This document shows, piece by piece, positions 48,505 to 57,758 of a stretch of 64,000 bases of DNA (positions are counted from its first letter, which is position 1; each line of letters starts with the position of its first letter). The position numbers were made by a program, and so were the translations under genes. The stretch lies in sequence record MT366760.1; one strand, written 5' to 3'. Below the pieces are notes generated by a model, which saw nothing but the letters and a program-made list of their open reading frames with translations, made no database searches and had not been told where the DNA came from.

Positions 48505-48777
48505 CTAGTCCTTCACCGCTTTATCAATAGCTGTGTGGAGCTTAACACGTAGGTCATTACTGTCATATGCATAGCTAGCGTTCTCGGCTAGTTTGCCAAT
48601 GATATTGACAAAGTCATCAACACCCATATTGAGAGCAATATCAATAACTTCCTTGTCACCCTTTGCTGCGAGGTGTGTCTTGTCTTCAATTTCCACACAT
48701 AGGTCTAGCTTGCATGATGATTCACACGTGAACAGTTTTGCTTCATCGCTCTTAATGACTTCTAATTCAGTACTCAT
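48505..48777 (-). CDS. Hypothetical protein
   Basis: Start refined to MSTEL. Confidence 0.6.
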   Translation of the reverse strand: MSTELEVIKSDEAKLFTCESSCKLDLCVEIEDKTHLAAKGDKEVIDIALNMGVDDFVNIIGKLAENASYAYDSNDLRVKLHTAIDKAVKD

Positions 48778-49094
48778 TATCTTCTTCTCCACTTGTTCTG
48801 ACAATATTGACGACCGTCTTTCTTTAACCATAGGTGCTGTTGTCTAGCCCGTACACGTGCACCCTTGCCGTTATCACCGCGAGCTTTTCTACCACTGAAC
48901 TTGTTTTGGGTGAAGTAATCCTCTTCAGGAATATCACCGAACTGTGCATAATAGTCTTCTCTAATTTCTATCTCTTGTGCTATTGCAGCCATGATGCCTT
49001 GAGCAAGTAGGGTTCGTGTGATTCGTCTAGGTCGCATACACGAACTACAGCCGCAGGTCGGTGAACAATTAGATTGAAATACGCTATACATCAT
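48777..49094 (-). CDS. Hypothetical protein
   Basis: ORF with a basic C-terminus; start uncertain. Confidence 0.5.
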   Translation of the reverse strand: MMYSVFQSNCSPTCGCSSCMRPRRITRTLLAQGIMAAIAQEIEIREDYYAQFGDIPEEDYFTQNKFSGRKARGDNGKGARVRARQQHLWLKKDGRQYCQNKWRRR

Positions 49095-49308
49095 CCCCCT
49101 CCGATGGGTTGAACATCAACCAGAACATATAAGTCAAACATACGACGAACCCTACACCACTATTGATAATCATCGTCCACATGATATAACCGTCTAGATC
49201 ACCATAGTCAACACCATAAACTTTGTAGGCTAGATAAAGACCTATGAATACCGACATTAGCCCGATTTCAAACTTGATGAATCTCCACATCCACTTTAAT
49301 ACGTCCAT
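49084..49308 (-). CDS. Small membrane protein
   Basis: Two hydrophobic helices; RBS AGGGG. Confidence 0.6.
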   Translation of the reverse strand: MDVLKWMWRFIKFEIGLMSVFIGLYLAYKVYGVDYGDLDGYIMWTMIINSGVGFVVCLTYMFWLMFNPSEGDDV

Positions 49309-49311
49309 AGT

Positions 49312-51315
49312 CTACCCCTTAATCATACGAAAGTGATAACGTTCTGCATCACCTTTGTGTTCAATGTAGTTACCATCGCTCTGCATTTCCCACAGACCTT
49401 TGGATGACACCAGTTGTTTCTCTAAATCACTTATGATTGTTGCACGATGCTCCGGATTTAGAATAGGGAAGCATACCTCAACACGGTTGTATAAATTGCG
49501 CTCCATCCAATCAGCCGATGAGCAATATACTTCTTGAGTCTCACCGTCAGAGAAGTAATAGACTCGCGCATGTTCAAGGAAGCGACCAACCACAGACACG
49601 ACACGAATGTTTTCCGACATCCCCTTTACTTGTGGCACTAGGCAACAAATGCCGCGAACAATGATAGTGATCTTAACTCCCGCCTTGCTCGCTTTGTACA
49701 ACTCATCAATCATCTTCTTATCACACAACGAGTTCATCTTAAGTGTAGCACAGACGTTTGAGTTGTCCTTAGCTTTCTTAGCGAGTTGTCGTAGTTTACT
49801 TACAAAGGCGTCCGCAATGTTATTTGGACTAGTAATAAGCTTCTTCAAGTTTGGCTTACCTAGACCCGTGATAGTATTGAATACTTCGCTGACCTCATGT
49901 GTCAATTCAGGGTTGGTAGTCAATACACCATAGTCGTCGTAGACCTTAGTGGTTAATGAGTGGTAGTTACCCGTACCGAGGTGGGCATAATGCTTGATAC
50001 TCCCGTTCTCATCACGGCTAACTAGACTCATCTTAGCGTGTGTCTTCTTACCGATAACACCGAACACTACTAACGCACCTGCTTTTCTCAAGCGTGCTGC
50101 TAATTCAAGATTGGTACGTTCATCGAACCGCGCTTGAATCTCAATGACTGCCGTAACTTGCTTACCGTTCTCAGCCGCTTGTACAAGTGCATCCGCGATT
50201 TCGCTGCCCTCACCTACTCGGTAAACTGTTTGTTTAATAGATCTAACTCGTGGACACTCTGCTGCTTGACGCAAAAAGTCAACGACAGGTTTAAATGAAT
50301 CGTAGGGGTGGTGAAGTAACACGTCACCCTCATCAATCACATCGAACATCCCACCATTAGAGCCATATGACATCTCACGACGTTCGTGTTGTGGGAACAA
50401 TAGTTCGTCTGGTGCATCGTCGATAAGTGGTTTAAAGCGTGAGAAATCAATAATCTTCTGACGTGAGATACACTCAACCGTCGTCATACCGAATGAATCT
50501 ATTAGGCGGTTAACCAATTTCTTAGGCATAGACTCGGATACTTCCAAACGAACAGGTGCACCAAATGGGCGCTTCTTCAATTCACCACGCAGCTCCTGTT
50601 CAAGTAATGCCATTGATTTAGCATTGACTTTCATATTAGCAGAACGTGTAATTCGATATTGATGCCAACCTTTGACTTTCAAACCTGGGAATAGGGAAGC
50701 AGCGTGTTCCTTAATTAGTGATGACAGCGTTATATATGTTGCGGAGTCACCCTCAATACGTACCAAACTAGGTAGGTTATTTGGTAAGTGCATTGATACT
50801 AGTCTGGTTTCACGTCCCAAACTATCGTCACCTTTAAGCTCAATCAGGAAGTGGAGTGAACCGCTAACCATCGACGGGAAGGGGTGGGATACGTCAAGTG
50901 ATACAGGACTGAGTAATGGACGTACTTGATTATTAAAGTAGTCTTCAGTGAACTTGCGTTGCTTCTTACCACGTTCACGGTGGGTCAGGACACTGATGTC
51001 ATGTTTATTAAGTTCTTTCATCAGCATCTGAAAGATAACGTGTTGCTGTGATACTAAGTCATCGTTATCCTGATATGTTTCTAGTAGGGTCTGCATCGGT
51101 ACACGACCGTCAATGCTGCGAGGCGTCTGACATTTGTTAGCCTTCTCCACTAACTTACTAGCACGCACCTCAAAGAACTCATCTAAGTTCGAAGCCGAAA
51201 TGAGCAGATAACGGAAACGCTCCATGAGGGGTAGCGTTGTATCCATCGCTGTATTTAGAACACGACGTGTAAATGCAAGAGTTGAAGTCTCGCGGTTGAT
51301 ATATGTAGTTTTCAT
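49312..51315 (-). CDS. ppk1: Polyphosphate kinase 1
   Basis: NRE..LAF..RVL, SNLDEFFEVR, HPFP, HHPYDSF, KQTVYR, ARFDE, KTHAK (autophosphorylated His), HLGTGNY, KMNSL, IVRGICCL, GRFLEH and SADWMERN...RVE motifs. Confidence 0.97.
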   Translation of the reverse strand: MKTTYINRETSTLAFTRRVLNTAMDTTLPLMERFRYLLISASNLDEFFEVRASKLVEKANKCQTPRSIDGRVPMQTLLETYQDNDDLVSQQHVIFQMLMKELNKHDISVLTHRERGKKQRKFTEDYFNNQVRPLLSPVSLDVSHPFPSMVSGSLHFLIELKGDDSLGRETRLVSMHLPNNLPSLVRIEGDSATYITLSSLIKEHAASLFPGLKVKGWHQYRITRSANMKVNAKSMALLEQELRGELKKRPFGAPVRLEVSESMPKKLVNRLIDSFGMTTVECISRQKIIDFSRFKPLIDDAPDELLFPQHERREMSYGSNGGMFDVIDEGDVLLHHPYDSFKPVVDFLRQAAECPRVRSIKQTVYRVGEGSEIADALVQAAENGKQVTAVIEIQARFDERTNLELAARLRKAGALVVFGVIGKKTHAKMSLVSRDENGSIKHYAHLGTGNYHSLTTKVYDDYGVLTTNPELTHEVSEVFNTITGLGKPNLKKLITSPNNIADAFVSKLRQLAKKAKDNSNVCATLKMNSLCDKKMIDELYKASKAGVKITIIVRGICCLVPQVKGMSENIRVVSVVGRFLEHARVYYFSDGETQEVYCSSADWMERNLYNRVEVCFPILNPEHRATIISDLEKQLVSSKGLWEMQSDGNYIEHKGDAERYHFRMIKG

Positions 51316-51344
51316 TGTTGTTCCTCATGTGTGACGACACACTA

Positions 51345-51352
51345 TATTTACA
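51345..51352 (-). promoter_or_regulatory. TGTAAATA phage promoter motif upstream of ppk1
   Basis: Reverse-strand TGTAAATA 30 nt upstream of the ATG, followed by a GTGTG-TCGT-CACAC hairpin and RBS GAGGA. Confidence 0.6.
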
Positions 51353-51399
51353 TAACTATATGCGGTGGCTCCCTTCTAGAACCACCTGATATGGCTACG

Positions 51400-51606
51400 C
51401 TACGCTTCCTCGAAAGACAAGTCAGGTATTTCTTTTGTCGTTTCATCCGATTCATATTCAGCACGCAACTTCGCTACCCTTGCCGCTGTTTCATTCCCAT
51501 CAACCCACGCATTGAATTCTGCCATTCCCATTGGGCGTAGATCTTTCGCTTCAAATCCATTCATAATCTTAATCCTGTTTTCACTGGTATTAGCAAGCAC
51601 ATCCAT
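51400..51606 (-). CDS. Hypothetical protein
   Basis: Short ORF with RBS GAGGA. Confidence 0.5.
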   Translation of the reverse strand: MDVLANTSENRIKIMNGFEAKDLRPMGMAEFNAWVDGNETAARVAKLRAEYESDETTKEIPDLSFEEA

Positions 51607-51679
51607 TATAACATAGTCCTCATGTGATTGCAAATATTGTAAATAGCCACGTAACCATTGACCAAACTAGGAGATACAA

Positions 51680-52204
51680 ATGGCACGGTCTATTATTCAG
51701 AGTGTTAAAATCACTAACCAAGCACCCTCGGATTACGCACAATACTTGACTAAAAAACTTGGGACTAAGCTCAGTCGTAAAGTTAAGTTCCTGAATGGCG
51801 TACCAACTATTGACGAGGTTGTGACAAGTAAGTACGACCTCATTGTATGTTTGTTCCCTGATAAACCCGAGTCACAAGCGGACGCTGATAAGATTCACGA
51901 AATCATGTCGGTGCTAGGTCGTGACCCTTGGAACATCCCACATACAGCGGTGAAGTGTATGACCCTAAACAACTGCTGTAAACCAGTTAAGGTGCCAGAT
52001 TCTGAAGGGAACGTCGATGAAGCCTTATATGATTACAACACAGGTGACTTCGACTTTGAGAAAGCTATCACAACGGTTAAACCCAATATAATCGCTCACC
52101 TTGAAGCTGTTCATCTGGAGTCCTTCCTACCTAAGACCAAAGTTGTTACACCACAGGTAGGTTACGCAATTCACCAAGCACTTCACGGAGGCTCAAATGA
52201 GTAA
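51680..52204 (+). CDS. Hypothetical protein
   Basis: 174-aa ORF with RBS AGGAG; TGTAAATA at 51638. Confidence 0.75.
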   Translation: MARSIIQSVKITNQAPSDYAQYLTKKLGTKLSRKVKFLNGVPTIDEVVTSKYDLIVCLFPDKPESQADADKIHEIMSVLGRDPWNIPHTAVKCMTLNNCCKPVKVPDSEGNVDEALYDYNTGDFDFEKAITTVKPNIIAHLEAVHLESFLPKTKVVTPQVGYAIHQALHGGSNE

Positions 52205-52526
52205 GGGTAACGACTTCATTAATTCGCGTGCTGATCTTGAAAAGCGTGTTGGCTCACTCCTATGTGCTTACCTATCAGTACATCAACCATCAGACATTAT
52301 GCCGTGGTGTGAGAAGTTCAAAGCGCACATCATGGACAAAATCAAAGGTTCTGAAGTTGAATTCGTTAAGATGAAATTCGAACCAGATGGTGGTCAACTA
52401 CATTGCCATATTGAAGTTCAGATGGATTGTGGTTCTGTAGAAATGCACCACCGTTACACATTCACCCAACAACTCGGAGATGCTGAAAATGGCGAAGAAG
52501 AAGAAGGACAAAGCGAAGAAAGCTGA
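52197..52526 (+). CDS. Hypothetical protein
   Basis: 109-aa coupled ORF. Confidence 0.65.
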   Translation: MSKGNDFINSRADLEKRVGSLLCAYLSVHQPSDIMPWCEKFKAHIMDKIKGSEVEFVKMKFEPDGGQLHCHIEVQMDCGSVEMHHRYTFTQQLGDAENGEEEEGQSEES

Positions 52527-53157
52527 TAAAAAGTCCAAGTCCAAGAAAGGGAAATGGCTCAAAGCTGATGACCCCTTGAAGCGCTTCAAAGTCAGTAAGT
52601 ATTGCAACGAGAAATATGACCCCGTGTTGTTCAACCTACGCGAAAATCCGTGGGGATTGTTCTCTAACTTTGCACCAACACCCTTCATCGCCCCACCACT
52701 ATGGGGTGGAGATCCACGCTTGTGGTTCAACAACGAGCAATGGTTCATGGCTCACAAGATGGATGTGGATAATGGCGGTTCTGCAACTGCTGACCTACTC
52801 AACAAGATTCTGTGGGCATACCATCCTGACAAGTGTCGTTACTTCGCTAGCCAGAAGGCGGGTGGGTTGATGCGCGAAAACTGGGACAAAGATAACCAAC
52901 TCCGTCACACTGTGATGCTTGTAGGTCTACGTCATAAATACCAACAGAACCCACTAGCTGCACAAGCACTCATTGAGAGTGGTGAGCGCTTATTAGTAGA
53001 GAACGTTAGCTTTGACGACTACTGGGGTAATGGTAAAGACGGTAACGGTAGTAATAACCTAGGTAAACTCCATATGATAGTTCGTGAAGAACTTCGTTCC
53101 GGTGAATTGCCTATCCTGAATAACACACAACTAGCCGACTTGGTAGGAGGACACTAA
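52489..53157 (+). CDS. NADAR/YbiA family protein with Lys-rich N-terminal tag
   Basis: FSNF, EQWFMAHK, W....VM..GLRHKY.QN and LVEN..FDDYWG.G.DGNGSNNLGKL.M.VREEL motifs. Confidence 0.88.
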   Translation: MAKKKKDKAKKADKKSKSKKGKWLKADDPLKRFKVSKYCNEKYDPVLFNLRENPWGLFSNFAPTPFIAPPLWGGDPRLWFNNEQWFMAHKMDVDNGGSATADLLNKILWAYHPDKCRYFASQKAGGLMRENWDKDNQLRHTVMLVGLRHKYQQNPLAAQALIESGERLLVENVSFDDYWGNGKDGNGSNNLGKLHMIVREELRSGELPILNNTQLADLVGGH

Positions 53158-53438
53158 TGTTCCAATTAAAACTCCTGTGGAAAGCTATCACTACTTTTCA
53201 GACACTGAAGAAAGCCCGTAGCTTATTCCATGCAGCACCAACTCTTTATGACCCACAATTCCTTGATGAGTACGACTGTCAGCACAAGGTTATTCGTGGT
53301 GGTAAAGAACTGTGGGTTCCCGCTCGACCGTACGGATTGCAGGGTGCCTATCTCAAAACCCGTTTGACCCTAGCGTGGGGTGTCCTTACCGGACGCTATG
53401 ACGCACTAGACTGGAAGGACGGGGATAGCCATGGCTAG
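53157..53438 (+). CDS. Hypothetical protein
   Basis: 93-aa coupled ORF. Confidence 0.65.
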   Translation: MFQLKLLWKAITTFQTLKKARSLFHAAPTLYDPQFLDEYDCQHKVIRGGKELWVPARPYGLQGAYLKTRLTLAWGVLTGRYDALDWKDGDSHG

Positions 53439-54141
53439 AGAAGTAGAACGCAAGTGGTTAGTATCACGGAAGTCCACTCAGAAGTATCTGAACGTTATGC
53501 TATCACCACAGACTATCGGTGACTCACACTTCTACCCACAAGTAACACGCACCTTTATCAAGCAACACTATTTGGTAGATGCTAACGCTATGGTGTCCTT
53601 TAACACCCATGAGTTAGTGTGGGATGTCCTGATTAAGAACGGATGTGACCATCCTGTTACTTTCCGTATACCAATCAAACCATCTGATATTACCCAAGCT
53701 CTAGAGATATTTGGTAACCGTCAGGTGACTTCATTGGAACTGGACAAGGTTGATATTAGCATCCGTGCTACACCACACAATTCTAATCTTGAATTCCGTG
53801 TTAAAATCGACCATCCTAAAGGTGGGCGCTACGAATTCGAGAAATCAATGTCTAATAACGTTGCGAGTGGTGTACTAGATTTCGTGTGGCGTGACTTCAT
53901 GCACAATAACCCGTACAAGGTAGAAAAGACACGTTATGAGTTCCTTTTACTTAATGGTCTGAAACATTCTATTGATATGTTTGGTGACAATGACGACACC
54001 TACTATGAGATAGAAGAAACATCTGGTTCGTCTTCAGTTAACGACATCAATCTACCCGTGGATATTGAAGTCATCGAAGAACTAACTGGTTCCTATGGTA
54101 ACAAGGAACGTGCTATTGCTTATGGTAAAGCACATAGTTAA
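53431..54141 (+). CDS. CYTH-domain (triphosphate tunnel metalloenzyme) protein
   Basis: N-terminal EVERKWLV (ExExK), IKQHYL, RYEFE, VEKTRY and IDMF...YEIE motifs. Confidence 0.75.
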   Translation: MAREVERKWLVSRKSTQKYLNVMLSPQTIGDSHFYPQVTRTFIKQHYLVDANAMVSFNTHELVWDVLIKNGCDHPVTFRIPIKPSDITQALEIFGNRQVTSLELDKVDISIRATPHNSNLEFRVKIDHPKGGRYEFEKSMSNNVASGVLDFVWRDFMHNNPYKVEKTRYEFLLLNGLKHSIDMFGDNDDTYYEIEETSGSSSVNDINLPVDIEVIEELTGSYGNKERAIAYGKAHS

Positions 54142-54148
54142 TTAAATT

Positions 54149-54186
54149 GCCCTGACTTCGGTTGGGGCTTTTTCATCTTGTAAATA
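54149..54186 (+). repeat. Terminator-promoter cassette, copy 2
   Basis: 37/38 identical to 32935-32972. Confidence 0.85.
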
Positions 54187-54231
54187 AACAGTGATGATAC
54201 TATTATCTTTTAATTAACTAGGAGAAACACA

Positions 54232-55422
54232 ATGCGATTACTTAACTTACGCGACAAGGTAGTCATCTACCATGCAGGGTGCTTAGACGGTATGGGTGCA
54301 GCAGCTACCTTTCAGCACTGGCTGCTAAAACGTTTGGAGATTCAATCAGGTTGCGACAAGACTTTTGTCCATCACGTTACACACGCTCAACTCGATGAGA
54401 GAACTGCTGCTCACGTTATTCAATATGGTGTGAAACATTCTGAGCGTGCTAGCCTGAGCCAGTCCCAATTCACATTGGATGTTGCATATGTACCTGCTGT
54501 CTACGGTAAGGACTATTCTGACTTAAATCAGATGGGTGCTAACGAAATTGAAGACTCCCTGCACGTTGCTTACCATGAGAAGGACGTATACATCGTTGAC
54601 TTCTCATTGCCTATCGAACAGCTTGTTAAGATTGCTGCGGTCGCTAACTCCGTAACTGTTCTTGACCACCATCATACTGCATTTGAAATGTACAAGGACT
54701 GGTCACCCGAAGAGATGCCATACAACGTTAACATCGAACTAGAATACGCTCGTTCTGGTGCAACACAAACGTGGTGGTATCTAATGGGTAACGAAGATTA
54801 CCCAATGCCTATCCGTCACGTAGAAGACCGCGACTTATGGAAGTGGCAGGTTGACGGTACAAAAGAATTCACACTTGCCATCTACAACGGTGATGACTCG
54901 TTTATGAAGAGTGTCGTCGGTTGGCAACGTCTGTTATCTTTCCAACCCGCGACGTGTGAAGCTAACTATAACGCTCTAATCGATAAGGGTCGCATCTTCA
55001 AAGAGTACCAAGACGTTTCGATTAAGAAGCATATGAAGTATGTACGCTTCGTCAAACTAGCAGGCGGTATGTACAACGTCCCTGTAGTTAACGTCACTCG
55101 TGACATCACCAGTGAGATTCTTGAACAGATTATCATTGAACATAAAGCACCATTCGCAATTGCATTCATAGATGGTCCTGATGAACGTTGGTGGTCGTTG
55201 CGTTCTAAGTTCCTACCTGATGGTAACCCAGACTTCCCTAATGCGGTTGACGTTAGTGAGATTGGTAAAATCATGGGTGGTGGTGGTCACCAAGCAGCAA
55301 GCGGTTTCTCAACGCCACACTACGTAGCACCAGAAGAACTAGACCGATGGGCTAACACTGTACTCATGCAGCAACAGCAGAAAGCCGAAGAACACTCACA
55401 ATGTCAATGTGGAGATCACTAA
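54232..55422 (+). CDS. DHH/DHHA1 phosphoesterase
   Basis: YHAGCLDG, IVDFS, LDHH, VEDRDLW, SLRS and GGGGHQAASGF motifs. Confidence 0.9.
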   Translation: MRLLNLRDKVVIYHAGCLDGMGAAATFQHWLLKRLEIQSGCDKTFVHHVTHAQLDERTAAHVIQYGVKHSERASLSQSQFTLDVAYVPAVYGKDYSDLNQMGANEIEDSLHVAYHEKDVYIVDFSLPIEQLVKIAAVANSVTVLDHHHTAFEMYKDWSPEEMPYNVNIELEYARSGATQTWWYLMGNEDYPMPIRHVEDRDLWKWQVDGTKEFTLAIYNGDDSFMKSVVGWQRLLSFQPATCEANYNALIDKGRIFKEYQDVSIKKHMKYVRFVKLAGGMYNVPVVNVTRDITSEILEQIIIEHKAPFAIAFIDGPDERWWSLRSKFLPDGNPDFPNAVDVSEIGKIMGGGGHQAASGFSTPHYVAPEELDRWANTVLMQQQQKAEEHSQCQCGDH

Positions 55423-55423
55423 A

Positions 55424-55762
55424 ATGACTACTCAAAAATCAGAACTAGACCAATCAAGATCAGTTGCAGCAACTCGCCTAGAAGAGAACATCCGTAAACA
55501 CATTGCTACTGACCTTGACGCTGTTAGCCTACTTGAAGTCGTAGCAGACGCGTATATGATGCGCCTTAATATGCAGACCAAACAAGAGCTAGCTGTTCAG
55601 GCACATGCTGCATATATGCACGAATGTAAGAAGCGCGGCATCACTTTCCCTGATGGTGAACTTGTAAATAAATACGTAATTGAGTTCATGGAGCACTACC
55701 ACGATGCAGAGTGGTTAAAACATAGTATCCATGCTCACGTTGAAGGCGCTACTGGAGAGTAA
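55424..55762 (+). CDS. Hypothetical protein
   Basis: Helical ORF with RBS GGAG. Confidence 0.65.
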   Translation: MTTQKSELDQSRSVAATRLEENIRKHIATDLDAVSLLEVVADAYMMRLNMQTKQELAVQAHAAYMHECKKRGITFPDGELVNKYVIEFMEHYHDAEWLKHSIHAHVEGATGE

Positions 55763-55763
55763 C

Positions 55764-56744
55764 ATGAAAGCACTTATCGGAATAGCTTCTCACAACCCGT
55801 TTCAGATCACACATATGTTAGACGGGTTGATTGAGGACGCTGTTGAGTTCGAGAAAAAGGCTAAGAAAGGCAAAGTAAAAGAAGCCAAGGGTTGCCTAAC
55901 ATATCAATGTATGGGTTTCGGTGACGTTGTGGACGAAGATGTAAAAGTCGTTATGTGTCCAACGGTCGCTGTATTCCTTCGCAACCGTGAAGACTTCGAG
56001 AAGGCTCCGGTTATTGCACTGGTCTTTGATGACCCCGTCAAATTGGAGCACATTGGTTGTTTCCTCGCTGATGTGAACAACAAACCACATTCGTACGAAT
56101 ACGACTTTAAACGTCTAACAGCGAGCCAGATGCTAACGATTCTGACACGTGCTTCAGCGGGTAAATACCCAACAGAAGTCAACGATGAATCGCTCAACTT
56201 ACTTCCTCGTATGTTGGATGAAGTTGAAGGCTCCATCACTCAGCACTTACTGACGTTCCTTTCGTTTGTGCCTAACACTGATGACCGTACTACCCTGACT
56301 AAGCTCATTGTAGCATGGCTCATGAAGAAGGGTGCTGCTCCAAATGAACTACGTAAGTCTCTGGAAAAGGCGGGTGCTAAATCCAATGCACTGAATGCCT
56401 TTATGGACTATCTGAAGGATGCAGTCAAAGTCAAAGAAGCTTGTGAATACGTTGCTCAAAGAAAAGCTGAAGGCAAATCGGTCAACTATAAGAAGCTTGA
56501 GAAGGACACTGGTGTTGCAGCATTTGACATTAAGTACCTGATTAAGACAGCAAGGTTCAACGATTCTATCCAACATCCGAATATGAACACGAATGAGATT
56601 CACCGTGCTCGTAAAGAAAAGCAGAAGCTTGAAATGGATGCGATGGAAGAAGCTGCTGAATCCGCAGAGAAGGAAGAAGGCTTCTCAGTTGACAACGTTG
56701 ATGACGCACGCAAGACGGGTATGGACAACGAAGACTCTAAATAA
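55764..56744 (+). CDS. Hypothetical protein
   Basis: About 326 aa; RBS GGAG; TGTAAATA at 55663. Confidence 0.75.
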   Translation: MKALIGIASHNPFQITHMLDGLIEDAVEFEKKAKKGKVKEAKGCLTYQCMGFGDVVDEDVKVVMCPTVAVFLRNREDFEKAPVIALVFDDPVKLEHIGCFLADVNNKPHSYEYDFKRLTASQMLTILTRASAGKYPTEVNDESLNLLPRMLDEVEGSITQHLLTFLSFVPNTDDRTTLTKLIVAWLMKKGAAPNELRKSLEKAGAKSNALNAFMDYLKDAVKVKEACEYVAQRKAEGKSVNYKKLEKDTGVAAFDIKYLIKTARFNDSIQHPNMNTNEIHRARKEKQKLEMDAMEEAAESAEKEEGFSVDNVDDARKTGMDNEDSK

Positions 56745-56779
56745 ACTAGGAGGGGTGGTTACGGTCACCCACTTATCTT

Positions 56780-57253
56780 ATGGTTAATAATGCAAAAATG
56801 ACCCGACGGGGCTTCCTCGGTGTGTTGACTGCTGCTGCGGTATCAACAACGCTACCTTCAATCAGTGCTGAAGTTCACTCAGGTATACGCAAAGTCTACA
56901 CACCTCGTGCACCTAAGCCTTTTGAAATGCACATGGTTATAGTGGATAGCACTAAGATGTGGGAACATAACCCCGCTACAATCCACGAGATGGAACCCTA
57001 TGCGTTCCTCGCTGAATTATCTAAACTAGACCAGAGCGGTAGTATCGACTACTATGGTATAATGACACCTGATAAAGTGGTAGGTGTTAAAACGTGGGAC
57101 ATCAAAGGTTCAGATATCTGTGGTGTATATGAGTCTAAGGTACTTCTATCATATCGCATTGACCCAACTACGGGTAACATCAAGATACACAGACCTGTCG
57201 TTATTACGTGTGAACGTAATGTAACCGTCAACTATGAGGTTAAACAAGCATGA
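56780..57253 (+). CDS. Protein with twin-arginine (Tat)-type signal peptide
   Basis: N-terminus KMTRRGFLGVLTAAAVSTTLPSISA matches (S/T)RRxFLK followed by an h-region and a terminal Ala. Confidence 0.65.
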   Translation: MVNNAKMTRRGFLGVLTAAAVSTTLPSISAEVHSGIRKVYTPRAPKPFEMHMVIVDSTKMWEHNPATIHEMEPYAFLAELSKLDQSGSIDYYGIMTPDKVVGVKTWDIKGSDICGVYESKVLLSYRIDPTTGNIKIHRPVVITCERNVTVNYEVKQA

Positions 57254-57642
57254 TGAATGATGCAGAATTAAAGAAACGTGGTTTGGTAAATGTGGGTGAC
57301 AGAAATGTAGACTATCGCAAGTTAGGTTTGTCTAACCCACACAATAGCCTTGCAGCTTTGACAAATGATAAGGGCGAGTTCGTCTTCATAGATGGTGAGA
57401 AACAATGGGAATGTACCCATTGTAAACTAAAAGGTAGCTATGACGTATTCTGTGCTGATAACCCACAATTCATTGAATGCACTCATACCTACGACCGTTG
57501 TGAAGTGTGTGGTTGTACCCCACTATGTGCACCAGACTGTCAGGGTGTCGCTGATGCTCTAGCTTCGGTTGGTGTCTATATCGCGGGTTGTGAAAACTTG
57601 GAAGAAACTCCTCATGTTAAAGAACCTGATTTCTTCCATTAA
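57250..57642 (+). CDS. Cys-rich Zn-finger-like protein
   Basis: CTHC, CEVCGC and C..DC motifs. Confidence 0.6.
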   Translation: MMNDAELKKRGLVNVGDRNVDYRKLGLSNPHNSLAALTNDKGEFVFIDGEKQWECTHCKLKGSYDVFCADNPQFIECTHTYDRCEVCGCTPLCAPDCQGVADALASVGVYIAGCENLEETPHVKEPDFFH

Positions 57643-57758
57643 CCGATTGCTACCCCCTGCACAAGCGCTACAACTTATCACTGTCTAATACAGTTAAGAA
57701 TAAAACAGTTGAGCGCAGAGGGTGACTGGGATAATACAAGTTATGGAGATTACGATTA

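Noticed and set aside
54232-55422. Calling the DHH protein an exopolyphosphatase (PPX)
   Set aside because: The GGGH DHHA1 motif fits NrnA/NrnB-type phosphoesterases, which are common in large phages. PPX activity cannot be inferred from the motifs.
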